Assembly (NCBI GenBank): GCA_973895155.1 | Contig: OZ316895.1 | Span: 23,706,281-23,770,280, forward strand | DNA from: Marsupella aquatica | Taxonomy: Eukaryota > Plantae > Marchantiophyta | Length of the DNA: 64,000 nt | Direction of reading: 5' to 3' | Program-made: the position numbers and the translations under genes | The notes under the pieces: generated by a model | What the model was told of the DNA's origin: nothing | What the model saw: only the letters and a program-made list of their open reading frames with translations | Database searches by the model: none | Shown here: in pieces, positions 13,593-26,732 of the stretch | Layout: each line of letters starts with the position of its first letter | Position numbering within the stretch: position 1 is the stretch's first letter

Positions 13593-14040
13593 AGATTGTC
13601 ACACTTTTTTGGCATAATGTATACATTACCACTGATTTTTTTCTATTTATCACAATGCTATTGTTTTTTATTGTGGGTTTAAAACATTAACCTGGGTTAG
13701 CTCCTTCACATCCAATGGCTATCATGGCACCCAGTCCGGGGGCCCAACAGCTCTAGTCTCCCTACAGGTGAAGGCTATGCGTAGGGACGGGCTGGCCCTT
13801 GACAAAGGTCATGTGCAGGATAGGATGATAAGACCACTCAACCCGCCCTCAGCCAACTGATCTAAGGGTGGTCATAGTCACCTTGACGAAGACCCAGGCC
13901 ATTCCATCCCAAAATTGGGTGTATGATAGCCGTCGAATGTGAAATTTCTTAACCCACAAACAAAAACAATGGCATTGTGATACACAAATAAAAAACAGTG
14001 GCAATGTATGTATTACCAAAAAGGTGTGGCAATGTAGTAA
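13593..14040. mobile_element. MITE family A, about 450 bp, with imperfect TIRs of about 130 bp
   Basis: Left ATTGTCACACTTTTTTGGCATAATGTATACATTACCACTG..TATCACAATGCTATTG..TGTGGGTT mirrors right AACCCACA..CAATGGCATTGTGATA..CAGTGGCAATGTATGTATTACCAAAAAGGTGTGGCAATGTAGTAA. Related copies lie near 43995 and 51975. Confidence 0.8.
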
Positions 14041-14769
14041 ATCCCCAAAAGACAGCTGAATATGTGAATCTCCTTTTCCACAATTTGGATTTCTGCCATG
14101 TGGAGGATAGAACTTCATTATTGTTCTTCTTATTAATATGTAGTCAAAGATATCTCAACAAGAAGATCTGCCTATATTTAGTTCTTGTTCAGGTCCCCTT
14201 TATTTTTTCTTATTTTATTTAAAATAAAATTTGAGGGGAAATCTTGAAACCTCACAGAAAAGGAACAGTGAGTCACAACATTTGAGTCACTACCCAAGTG
14301 ACCTACCACACAGCCATGCCTCTCTGGGCAGGTCCCCTTTATTTGTAATTAAGCCACAATTGAGAAGGTAAACTCAAGGCCCCTTACCTCTTCTCCTCTG
14401 TTTTGCCGGTGAAGCATTGTGGAGTGTGCTTCTTTGCAGACCCCCATGAGAAGTTCCTTCCAAAATATGTGGAAGCATGTGCACACTGACACATCACCAC
14501 TATTGATTACAAACAAGAAGTGTTCGTCATGCAAGAAGAACAAAACCAGTCATATGTGCTAGGTAAGACAAAGAAAAACAGTTACTCTATAAGTGTAAAA
14601 ATGTCAGAAAACTGAAAAGTAACACTTCAAGTGAACAAAGAAAGAGGTAAAAAAGGGGTAAAAGAAAATAACCTGTAGATTGATATATATAAGTGTTTTT
14701 TTAGTAAGTTATATGAATTTTCTATTTAATGGCAAATAACCATGTGTAGAAAGAAACTCTTCACCTACT

Positions 14770-15100
14770 GTAGCATTTACGGAGGTGAAGTATGAAGTAT
14801 GGCTACTATGGACAGAGGAACACCAAGGGAATGTAAGAACCCTTCGACTACTACTCTTGACGAGCATAAGAAACCCTTTGACTACTATAACATTTTGCAT
14901 GGACTCTAAGGAATGTTACATGGACTCCATGGACATAGGAGCACCAAGGGAGTGTTTTCATGGACTCTTACCATGAATAATCTCCTCTTTGTTTCCTCTC
15001 ATGCTGATATTCAAATCTATTCCACTATGTAAGGCTTGAACATCGGCTCTAACTTGTTGAATAACATCAGCTTTACATAACCCAGGGTCCTCAAACTAGT
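14770..15100 (-). repeat. Dispersed repeat family B, copy 1 (inverted relative to 39116-39400)
   Basis: The reverse complement shares GGTTATGTAA..TGATGTTATTCAACAA, AGATTATTCATGG, CCCTTGGT.CTCCTATGTCCAT, CATGCAAAATG and CAAAGGGTTTCT with 39116-39400. Confidence 0.8.
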
Positions 15101-16285
15101 CCTGTTTGTCGAGTCCAGGGTCAAATTGATTGCATTGTAAGACAAGACAATATTCATTCCAATTTAAAGCCTCATACGAGATTTCCAAGGGAAGCTAGTC
15201 TCAAATGAGATATTTGTCCTCACAAGACCTCATGTGTTAGCTTTGATATTCACAAGAGTTCATCTCTTTATTCAGTTGAATTATGCGGGAGCTATTCAAG
15301 GGCAAGCTTTATTGGTGAAAGAATTTAACAATTTGGGCTCCTAAAGTTTACTAGAACAATGCCAAAGAACAAAACTTGCCAAACTGGAAAAGAGTATCCC
15401 AAAGGCATGAGACCCAACAAAGGGAAGAAAACAAGAAAATTGCCTGAGGACGACCAAATAGCCGAAAAACCCCAGCGTCCCTGACAATGGCAAAAGAAGT
15501 AAAGCCCTACTGAACAGCAAAATTGAAAAGCCTGGTAAAGCCTATTTGGGGCAATGAATCCGCTGGCATTGTCCAGCAGTCTGCTGCCACTGCCCGCCGC
15601 TTACTGCCCGAGTGCGGGGTCCTTGATGTTAATATAAACTATTAGTTTTGTCTAAGATTTATATTAACATCATGGCCCAGCTGCAATGATAGGCTCTCAC
15701 TTGGTCTATAAATCTGCCATGGGTGCCTACCCTCTTGCAGTATCTATCCATTGAGTGAGAAAGACACAAACTGGCGATGTCATCATCCTACATCACCTCT
15801 CCTACCCCCTATTTCTCTTTTTGCTGAAGTTCTGGTTTTCCTCCCTGCCCCACCTCTCTTTCTGTTTCTCCATCCATTACCTCAACAGTCCTTTGCCTTC
15901 ACTGTCGCTGGTGCTATGGTATGCTACTACCAGCAGCACGACCCAAGTACTCCAGATATGGCCACCAGAGGTAGATTGGGGTCAGCTGCCACTCTTCCTT
16001 TTCACCCTTGCTGGTGCTGGCTCTGATCAGAGGTAGATTGGGGTCAGCTGCCACTCTTCCTTTTCACCCTTGCTGGTGCTGGTGCTGGCTCTGCTCCTCC
16101 TCCTCTAGTCCTTCCACTCGCACTCCATCATCTGATTGTAGCTCATCCAAAAGTACCCCCCACCCAGATTGCATTGGCCATTTCTTGGACACCATTCCTA
16201 TTGGGCTGCAGCAGACGGCACGGCAACCAAAGTTGGTTGGCTCTAGACCCAGTTGTAGCTTCTCCTCAGCAGGGGCACCAATTCC

Positions 16286-19200
16286 ATGTTGGGGGGTAGC
16301 CTGCAGAGCAACCTGAGCTCTGTGGTGGCTTCAACCCAACCAGCAGGCCCAGCTGCTGCAGCATCAGCATTGTTCCGACCTCCATTCTTTGGTCTTGTTC
16401 ATTGTCGCCATGCTCGAAGGATCCGGAACAACAATAGCGTCAGCAGCACCGAGAAGTGTCCCAGCTCGTTGAGGTCGAATCTGGTGATACAATCCGGGCA
16501 TCCAGAAAGAATTTTCCAGATCAGGAGCGTTGGAAATTTGAGTAGGCTCGCACCTCGGTCGACCGGGAGTGCTTCTTCTGGAGGAAGGAGAAAGAATATC
16601 TACTGTCTCGGGGACTTGGAGGAGGTAATCCTCTTGGACGAAGCAGAAGACCAGTGGAGGCAGAGGAGAGGAGGAAGAGGAGGAGAGTGGGAGAGGAGGG
16701 TGCTGGAATTGAGAGAAGGAGGGGCGGGAGAGGAGGTAATGGGTCTGACAAGGAAGCTGGAGAATGTGATCAGCCCCCCTCCAGCAGATGGGGACATTGC
16801 AGATTCGGTGGTGCCCGTGCCAATTCATCTGGTAGCGAAGGATCTGGGGCTCAATGCGGAGGACTTCCACCTGTACGGGCCGTACAAAGCCAAGGTGGGG
16901 AATGTCCTGCCTCTTCTAAGATTTTCTAGGTACAAAGCTCATGATTTGTACTAGCTCATCGAAATTCAGAGATGGGTTCGTTCTTCGACACCTTGTCATC
17001 GCTGCTCTGATTCTGGAGCCAGCCAAATGGGAGCGTTAATGCCCGTTTTGAATCCATCAGAATCAGAGGATTCTTGTGTTGGGTCTGGACCTTGTTTCAA
17101 TCCTGCTTTCTTGTCGTTGATTTTTCCTGGGCTTGGACTCTGTACTGGTTGGGAGGGCCGCGGCTACGGGTCCAATGGGATCCTTTTCTCGTTGTTTGGA
17201 GCTCTTTGGAGCGTGTCCGAGCCGTGAGCAATTGAGATTTTCTCAATTCTCCACGCAAGGGAACAAATTTACGTCTTAACTGAGTTCACTCTGTCATCTG
17301 AGGCTGACGCTTCATTGCCCCCATTTGGCTGGCTGAATTGAGATTGCTTGATCCTGGTAAGCCGTTCTAAAACGTCACGTTCACAATTACCACTCTTTTC
17401 TTGAGGGAGAGCTTTTTGGGGTTATTTACCGTGCTCTCCCTGTTTCGGGGTCCTGTTTTCTGTCCGTCGGAGTGGGTTTTACCTTTGTTCTCTTATCAGA
17501 ATCAAAATCTCCTCATTTCACATGTCATGGTGTGATCCTGATGCAAAGAAGGAGAAATGCGGACTTCTGTTCTGCTTACCAGTTCTACTCATCGTTTGTT
17601 AAATTTGACCCGGTGGATTGAATTGGAAACAGAGAGGAAGATGACTCCCTCCTTCTCAACGAGCCGTCTTTGGGGACTTGAAGCGCGAAACTGTTTTGGT
17701 CATTTTCCTACAGTTAGCCCATTGTGTTGAATTAGCTGCATCGGAATGGATAAAAAGGTATAATTTTTTACTGGCTTCCTACCGCTCGGAAGGGCCTCTT
17801 GCAAGTGAACTGATGGTTTTTAATGTACAGGTGCTTCTGACTATTCGAGAGCGACGGAAACATGTACAAGATGGCTACTACATAGTGGTTGGGGGCATCA
17901 CTCCTACTCCACTGGGGGAGGGAAAATCAACAACCACCGTGGGACTATGTCAGGCTTTGGGTGCTCATTTGGGAAAGAAGGTGAGGAGCATGAGGATGGT
18001 TTCCAATGCAGCTGATCGTTTTGAAGCCTTTGTCAGGGCTTCTCTTCGCAAAGTTGTGTGACATAATAACGGGAAGCAATTGTGCATTACTTTTCAAAGC
18101 ATGGGATATTCAGTTACTTCAGATAACTAATCTTTTCTTACGTGCAGGTAGTGACCACCCTAAGGCAGCCAAGTCAAGGGCCCACATTTGGAATCAAGGG
18201 TGGCGCTGCGGGAGGAGGTTACAGCCAGGTGATTCCCATGGATGAATTCAATCTCCATTTGACAGGAGACATCCATGCCATCACAGCTGCCAACAACCTG
18301 CTGGCTGCTGCAATCGATGCTCGCATATTTCATGAGGCCACCCAGTCAGATAAAGGGCTCTTGAACCGCCTGTGCCCTGCGGGCAGGGATGGGTCTCGCT
18401 CCTTTGCCAAGATTATGTTCAGGCGGTTGAAAAAATTGGGCATAACAAAGACCAATCCCAGTGAGCTCACACTTGAGGAGACCAAAGCATTTGTCCGTCT
18501 AGATTTTGACAAAGACCAGATTTCCTGGAAGCGTGTAGTGGATGTGAATGACCGGTTTCTGAGGAAAATCACTGTAGGAGAAGGCCCAGAAGAGAAGGGG
18601 ATGACTCGAGAGACTGGATATGACATTGCCGTAGCTAGTGAGATTATGGCCGTGCTGGCGTTGACAACCTCTTTGGCAGACATGCGGGAGAGATTGGGCA
18701 ATATGGTGGTTGGGACAAGCAAGTCTGGAGATCCGATAACAGCTGATGATCTTGGCCTGGGAGGTGCATTGACGGTACTCATGAGAGACGCCATCTACCC
18801 CACCTTGATGCAAACCCTTGAAGGCACACCCGTTCTTGTTCATGCTGGGCCATTTGCAAACATAGCTCATGGTAACTCATCCATTGTGGCTGATCAGATT
18901 GCCTTGAAACTGGTTGGGCCAGGGGGCTTTGTAGTCACCGAAGCCGGGTTTGGGGCAGACATAGGGCTCGAAAAGTTCATGAATATAAAATCCAGGTACA
19001 GTGGACTGAAGCCTCATTGTGCTGTAATTGTGGCTACCATCAGAGCTATGAAGATGCATGGTGGAGGTCCTGATGTCTCACCTGGGAAACCACTGGATCA
19101 TGCTTACAAGACCGAGAATGTGGATCTTGTAAGAGCAGGTTGTGCGAACCTTGTCAAGCATATAGAAAATACAAAGGCGTACAATGTGAATGTGGTTGTT

Positions 19201-20212
19201 GCCATCAATGTCTTTGCAACGGACACAGAAGCTGAGATCAACGCGGTGAAGGAAGCAGCTCTTCTGGCTGGTGCATTTGCCGCTGTCCCATGTCGACATC
19301 ATTCGCATGGAGGTCTTGGAGCGGTAAGTTCCTCCCAGTCTGTTTACAAACTTGAGTTTCAGCATCAGTCTCCGGGATGTATGAATTGGAGATTATTTGT
19401 GGACTTGACTTTGGTCTCGTGGTCTAATAACCGTTCCTGTCCGCGTGGCTAAGAACTCTATTAGTTTGTACTGCATGCTTGCTTCTTGAAGTTTAGAGGG
19501 AGAGCCTTCAATTCTCGAATTTTGTATCGTCTTTGTGACTACATTTGTGAAGCTTTCTAAAACTCAGAATATGCCATGTTCAGATGGAATTGGGGAAGGC
19601 AGTAGAGAAGGCTTGTCAGCAGCAGTCTGGAGATTTGAAATTCCTTTATCCTTTGGATATCAGTATCAAGGAAAAGATTGAGGCAATTGCAATTTCCTAC
19701 GGTGGAGCTGGAGTAGAACTCTCACCAGAGGTAGTTACGGCTCTAATTTGTGGTCTATTGGCTGTGTAATTGTATTGGTTTTAGTCCAAGCTTGTCTAAT
19801 CTCAGAGCTGGGATCAACCGATCTGTCTGATGCATACTCCTGGACGTTGCTGTGATAGGAAATAAGAACGTAAATTTATGTTCGCTTCTGCATGTGGTTA
19901 TACTGATGGAACTCTGTTTCATTGTCTGTGCGCCAGGCTGAGAAGCAGATTGAAACTTTAACAAGACAAGGATTTTCTGGTCTTCCCATTTGCATGGCTA
20001 AAACGCAATATTCATTTTCTGACAAACCAGGTGCAAAAGGTGCTCCGACTGGTTTCATTCTACCTATTCGGGAGGTGAAGGCCAGCGTTGGTGCCGGGTT
20101 TATATACCCGATTGTCGGCACCATGAGTACAATGCCAGGCCTACCTACGCGGCCAGCATATTACAACATAGATTTAGACCCACAAACTGGTAAAATTACA
20201 GGTCTCTCATAG
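16286..20212 (+). CDS. FTHFS: Formate--tetrahydrofolate ligase (10-formyl-THF synthetase); exons 16286-16894, 17831-17980, 18148-19323, 19584-19730, 19937-20212; canonical second start ATG at 16739
   Basis: Motifs [66 protein letters not shown] and MPGLPTRPA. All four introns are GT-AG and keep the frame. Confidence 0.96.
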
Positions 20213-21380
20213 TGTTACCGATGGACTACTTTTCAGGGAGCCATCCTGTTTATCTCATCAGCTCTGAAGTTTCTGGTGCAATTTTTGTTTGTTTGTCATG
20301 CTGACCAGGCAGTGGGACATTTCTCCGTCGCTAAATTCTTAGCCGAAGCTGGAAACGAATTATTATAGATCTAATCTGCCATTATTGTGCGAGCTAGTAC
20401 TGGAAATATTGGCAGATGTTAGAAGATTAAATTCGTGAGTCCACTGTTCAGTTCTGTGTACAGATGGACAGCAGAAAGTTCCTACCTACCTCTGGGAGAC
20501 CCATCCTTTCCAATAACGAGACCTGGGTTTTGGTCATGCCTTTGTAGAAAACTTTCGACTCTAATTCATTATGTTAATCAATTTCCAATGCAAACAATTC
20601 TGTTTGTAACATTTGGGATCCTTGGAACCATATGTTCAAGAGATCCAGTAAAACGAACTAGTTCTTCAGCTCATTGGAAATCCTACTCAGATCAGAGGTC
20701 ATTCTCTTCACAGATCATCTGTACTTGGTGCTCTCTTCTGTGACTTGCGAGACGATAGGATCGCCCTTGTACCCTGTCGGTTGCATATCACAATCTTCGG
20801 ACGTCAATTACGTTTATTAAGTATCATCATTTTACGACATCTACATGAAAGCGATAGCAGGAGACTCGTGCCCTGTCGGTTGTATGGCGCAGATCTACCC
20901 CGTGGTCGTCGGATTTGCTGTCCATTCTCTACAATTGACTCGGCCTGTCCTCTAGTGCACTGGTAATAGAGGAAACAACTGGTGGTCGGGCAAGGAGTAA
21001 TGCAAAGCAAGGAAAAGCCCTTTGCCAAATCCTGCACAGCTTACTTTTACTCACATTAATTTGGTTGTGGAAAGTCCTTTCATATCCAGAATGGATATAT
21101 TACATCTTTTTGCGTCAAAGGGTTCAACGAAGAAACTGAGGTCCAAGCGTGCCACACGCTAAGCTCTCTAAATGTTTCTGAGTATTCAAAATTGTATATA
21201 GAATGTGTTCATGGCTGACCCATCTACACCATCCACTCCATGCTAAATAAACTCAATGGCCCATCGGACCAGGAACTTCACCTTGCCCCTGTTTGCAGTT
21301 ACTCCTATACACTCTGCAGCCAGTGACTGGTCCTCAGTTCCTGCTTGGTTACTAGACAAGGTCGCAAAGCTGAACGATGC

Positions 21381-24300
21381 TCAGTCTTCCTCAGTGCTGA
21401 TTACAGCTGGATACTGCGCTTGCACCTCCTGCCATGAGAGAGCACCATCTGCAACATCCCTGACCAAATCTTTAATTTTCGATACGGGAACCCGCACCTG
21501 AGCCCTCGAGTCTCTTTCTCGAAGTGTGACCGTCTCCTTGAATTCAAAATCGACTGTTATTGCAAAAGGAACCCCCAGTTCATCCGTCCTTGCGTATCTC
21601 TTGCCAATTGAGGTCCCGGTGAGATCTATTTTGCTTGCCACGCCTGCCCGAGTCAAGGCAACAGAAATGTCCCTAGCAACGGCATTGAGATCCTGGTTTT
21701 GGACCAAAGGGAAGATAGTGCACTTAATTGGAGCCACCACTGGAGGGAAACGAAAGACCGTCAATTGTTCCTCCCCGTCCTTACTTGGCCTAGTGTAGAA
21801 ACTGTGCTCATACAAGCAGTAGATGATACGGCCAATCCCGAAGGATGGTTCAATAACACCAGGAGTGAACCTCTTGCCTGTTTCTCTGACAATTTCCTTG
21901 GATATAGACACCTGATCCTTGGTGATTGTAACTGTTTGTCCCGTTGTACAAATGAGCAGTGGAGCTTTTCCATCTGCTTCCAATTTCGTCTTCATCTCCA
22001 GAGCCTCCTCCTCTTTCATAGCCTGCTCCACAGAAGTTCGACAAATATTTAGTATGCTGCAAAACACAGCAAAGCCACCAAGTATGCCATCATTGAAATT
22101 GTCACATCAGAGGTGAGAGAAGGAAGAGGCCTAAAAAGGTACCTCAAGAGCTTCTGCAACAATCTTTGCATCCTTCTTGAAAGCCGGCCCCAGGAGTTGC
22201 CGCTTTGGTGATATGTTCAATTTCTGGAGCCATTACAGGAGAGCGAAAGCTATATCAGTGGGGAATTCAGGACATTTGTGGACATCTAACACGCAAACCA
22301 GGCCTTTCCATATCGGAGATATTAACACCGGCAAAGAACATAAATTTTTTATTGAAGAGAGTGCAGATCATTTGTCGTGCATGAGAGCCAACTTTATGGT
22401 CATTACCTCAACTTCCACAGGATGGGGATATTTCACAAACGCAGTTAAGTTCTCGTTGCTTTTCTCCTGAAAAAATGAAGAAGACACGGGACAGTTGTCA
22501 CTCAGATAAAGTGGGCACAGCCATAAAAGATGTCTCTTCTCCGTATCAGACAACCTCGTAACCTACGACATAATCCAGATCTCCAAGCAAATTATATGCT
22601 TTTGTAGGTAATAAACAAGCAAATTACTCTCACCGTGTGCGCATTCAGGTCATATGCAGATCGGTCAGCTAAGCCTGTCACTTCAATCCAGCCATAGGAA
22701 CATTCAATTTCTGCATCCCAACAGTCCGCTGCATAATGGGCCATTTCGTTTTGCAAGTGTTGCCTAAATCGGAGACGATCCTTGTTAATTCCGAGCTTTG
22801 TGAGAAACAAGTAAGTCCTTGCAATGAAGTAGCCCAACGTCTCATTGTTCACAACACCCTGTGATCACAATTGATGACGAAAGAGACGAACCTTTCAGAA
22901 CTATTTACCACTAAGAAGATATGTCGATGTCCTCTAGGCTGTGCAGTGAAAGTGAGAATGTAGGCCCGAACCATGACAAATCATGAAAAAGCACGTGACA
23001 AGTAGAAGACGAACAACTAAGAATCGCATGTTACTATGAAGAACATCATCTGAGCACTTCTTACTCTGAGTACGGTGGGGGAAATACATGATCCAGGTCC
23101 GAGTTCTAAGACAGAAAAGTACCTTCTTAACAGCATCTCCGATGCAAGTCTTGACAGGCGGCTTCAGATGCATCTGCTCTTCCCTGGGATAAAGTAGAAA
23201 TTCTAGCTGGGCTACTTCCTTGAATCTTGGGTGTGATTTATCGTCAGGATCGACGAAATGCTCAATTTCCGCCAATGTGAATTCGCGAACCCTTAGTAGA
23301 CCTTGCCTTGGAGCAATCTGCAACAACAATGTAGACCTTCAGTATCAGGATGCTTGTCCTTCTACTAGGTTTCTAAAAATAGAGCACTGAAAGTTAGGAC
23401 TGACTTCTGAATTCCAGGGATACCTTTAAGGACATCGACAACAGACAAGAAAACAGGAGTGGAAAGCATAAATACGGTCCAAACGTAGAGCTTCTCATAT
23501 GGAGATGAAACAATAAGAACTTGGATGGACCATTCACCTCATTTCGGAAAGCCTGACCGATCTGAGCAGCCGCAAATGGGAGCTTGGACCCGTTGTAATA
23601 GTATAAATAATTGAAGTTCACGAAGATACCTTGGGCTGTTTCTGGTCTCAAATACCTGTGAGCAACACACACAGCAGACGATGGAATACCATACATCAGG
23701 TCCCTAATGCACAGTTGGCGGATTAGCTCGATTAATTCTTAATATCCTACCGATAGCTTCTACAGCATAGCCCCCCTGAATTGAGCGGCAAGTCAGTCAC
23801 TAATTTCAACATGTCACAATTTCGATTTCAGAGGTTCACTATTCTGTAGAACCATCACCGGGTGGAGAGCAAGCCAACTTACCCTTGGTTATTGCCTGCT
23901 GGACCAATCTGGGTACCAAACATCAAGTTGAATGGGAAGGGATCCGAAAGCGGGTTTTTGGTATCAGGAGCTGTGATATTGTACTGCTTCAGCTTCGCAC
24001 CCAACTGCTCCGCCGTCAGCTCATCCAGAGTTGCAAGGACTTCTTTCAGCTCCTTTCTCTTTTCAGCTGGCAAGAGGACATCTTTCTCGAGGACGTCCTC
24101 TACGTATCCTTTCAGAAGATGGTCTGCTCTGTAAGGGTCACCGGTCTTCTCATCCTTCACCATCAAGTCCGTGAACTTATCGACATGCCCTGAGGCCTTC
24201 AAGACTACTTCCGGCGTGACGCACGGACAATCCACTTCCAGCATGCCCTCTTCCAGAACGTAATGCTGCAGATATTGAAACAATGACACAAACCTCTCAG

Positions 24301-25132
24301 CCAAAAATCAGAGCCCCTTGACAACAGAAATGAATTCGAAAGGCTACCAGACCACTATCTGGGATATGAGGGCCCTCGGCACTCGGATGCCACAATCAAA
24401 CACCCACAATTCTCAAACTTTTCTCGGCCAAGCTCAACGGTAAGGCTCACAAGACCCTTGTCAGGAATATGAGAGCCCTCAGCATCTGAGAAAACTCAAA
24501 CACAGGAAAAATAGAAACGAGTATTTCATTGGCCTTTTTCGCCAAAACCCAATGAAAAGGGCTACCAGAGCATTATCCGGGACAGAACGGTCATCAGCAT
24601 AAAGCATAAGAGCAAAAAGAGATGCTCATTTAGAGCTCAAGTGTAAATGAGAATCTCTTCAGCCAGTGCTCAAACGCAAAGTTTCCTATATCAGCTGCTC
24701 ATCTGCATCACTTCAGTTCCAGGAATGGTTGTTAGCACTCACCTGACGCCACAGGGCAAGCACATTGGCCTTGACAGCACAACCGGGAGGCCCATAGTCA
24801 TACAATCCAGCGACGCCACCGTAAATTTTGAAAGCGGGGAGGAAAAACAACCTCCTCGTCAAAGTATCCGACAACAGCTGCCGAACACTCTCCTTGTCAT
24901 TGCTGCTCTTCCCCTTGCCGTTAGCCTCCTCGAACTTGGACGAGAACTCCGCCTTCTTGCCCTGCAGCTCGACCTTGAGGTTCTTCAGCGACTCCACGGC
25001 CGCATTGATCTCCTCCTTATCCTTCTTCGCGCCCTTCATGGCGCGCACGACCTCGGCCTGCTTATCCACTTCACTCTGCTTCTCCTCAACGACAGTTTTT
25101 AGCTTCGCCAATTCGTCCTCCGTCGGCGCCAT
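21381..25132 (-). CDS. GARS: Glycyl-tRNA synthetase (eukaryote/archaeal alpha2 type) with N-terminal WHEP domain; 8 coding exons; probable 5'UTR intron 25544-25178
   Basis: WHEP helix pair ([24 protein letters not shown]), [34 protein letters not shown]|[32 protein letters not shown] and [17 protein letters not shown] junctions were found for each intron. Confidence 0.96.
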
Positions 25133-25796
25133 CGCTCCCGACTCTCTCTGCTGCCGCGAACCAATCGAGGGCTCTACCTAGCAAGAGTGTTGTCCGGCCG
25201 TCCGTCCGCAGAAAGGGATCGCACAGAATTCTTAATTTTTGTCAGCTGCTTGTTAGACCATGAAAACCGGGAGTCTCGATTGCCACAATGATAATCAAGT
25301 GAACTGCAGGACGCCATCATTGCCGAAAAATTAGTACCTCAAATTCAAAGATCACTGGAGCCATCATTGCAGAACCTTCAGTACCTCAAATTCAAAGATC
25401 GCTGAATTGAAAGATCACTGAATGCTCTCAAGCCCGTGCACAGACACAGTAATTGTAAAGCGAAGCTTTCCGTGCTGAGTTTCGACCAAAAAAATGCTTG
25501 ACCCTCGTATGGCAGCGGACGAAACCGAGACAGAGTGTGCGTACCGTAGCTCGAGCTAGGACTTCACAGCGGGAGCTTCAGACGATGCTTCGATCTGGTT
25601 GTGAGCTACTTGAGCGAGACCGAGAGTGAGCTAATGGAGCTCAGATTGCTGCGCAGAACTTCAACAACTTGCTTCGACAAAATGCTTCAACCAATTCACG
25701 AATCGAACGAGCGCTCGCAAAGATTGGAAGCGAGAGAGAAGGAGAGAGCTCACAACGAGAGAAGTACTGGAGATTGCTTAGGTTCACTTTAGGGTT

Positions 25797-25850
25797 TATG
25801 GTTTAGGATGAGCCTGGCATTGAGAGGTCCCAGGTTCGATGCCCCCTCCA
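25797..25850 (+). repeat. tRNA-derived (SINE-like) fragment; similar copy at about 33296-33348
   Basis: TGGTTTA..TGGCA..GAGGTCCCAGGTTCGAT resembles the variable loop and T-arm (B box). The second copy has TAGCCCAGTGG (A-box-like) and GAGGTCCCAAGTTCAAG. No complete cloverleaf is present. Confidence 0.4.
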
Positions 25851-26386
25851 CTCACTGGGGGCGTGGAGGGACCCAACTCTGAAGGATTATTGGGTCTCTT
25901 GCCTTTGGGATAGAAAGTGGATATATTGATAAGGGTTGTACAAAGTACTATAGAGTAAAAGGAAAAGGGGTCCACAGAGAAAAGGAGAGGACGAATGCCA
26001 TTGAACTCCAAACTAAGCATGATGGGTGTAAAGCTAAGCACTAATGTGACTCCTTAATAGTATTCACCATGTGAGCCCAGTGTGGTAACTCACTTGAGTG
26101 GAGATTGATAAGTCGTGGAGTCAAAATGTCAAAATGTTGTAACGGACTCTTCTCTTTCTGTGCGGTTTCACAGATTTCCCCTTAAAAAAAACAGTACTCA
26201 TTGTGTGCAAGAGCCTGTGTTGGGGGCTCTGCTCGAGCTTCAACACAATGTAACATCACCCCGAATTCACTAAGAGAAGGGGTTGTCGAAACAGATGGGA
26301 TGGATCCTATCTCCAGGTTTGGCTCTTTTTGTTCTTTCCCATTGTGTCAAACATTTCCAAATGCTACCTATGGTGCATGGAGTTTC

Positions 26387-26718
26387 TGTTAAGGATTGCT
26401 CTTAGTCTTGTGACTCAAAGGTTACGGCACTTAGGCTAACCACAGTTAGGGTCTTAGTTGAGGTTAGTTTAGTCGTGTGTGACCTTGTATATACCAGGGC
26501 TAGTGTAAGCAGCTAGTGTATGGTGCTTACTCATTGTAACGGAGCAACTTGAGGAAGGGGGAGAGCATGTGTGTTCGTCTACTCTTGAAGTAAAGCTTGA
26601 GTGTTCGTGTGGACATAGCCTTGGAGAGGAGGTGAACCACGTAGAGATTGTGTCTACTACGTGTGCATGGAATGAGTCATGGTTGTATGGTCGTTGCGAA
26701 TGACGTCTTAGTTCAACA
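26387..26718 (+). repeat. 5' LTR (332 bp)
   Basis: TGTTAAGG...TTCAACA. It matches the 3' LTR except for 4 substitutions and an 11-bp indel (counted by eye). Confidence 0.97.
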
Positions 26719-26720
26719 AT

Positions 26721-26732
26721 TGGTATCAGAGC
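26721..26732 (+). promoter_or_regulatory. Primer binding site for initiator tRNA-Met
   Basis: TGGTATCAGAGC, 2 nt after the 5' LTR, is the canonical plant tRNAiMet PBS. Confidence 0.95.

Noticed and set aside
21264-21290. Partial miR166-like sequence TCGGACCAGG
   Set aside because: Only 10 nt match before divergence, and no precursor hairpin is evident.
25133-25700. Organellar N-terminal extension of GlyRS through the upstream exon
   Set aside because: After splicing 25544-25178, the upstream frame hits TGA within 12 codons and has no ATG. It is treated as a 5'UTR intron.
25797-25860. Functional tRNA gene
   Set aside because: No acceptor stem or complete cloverleaf. Only a B-box-like fragment is present.
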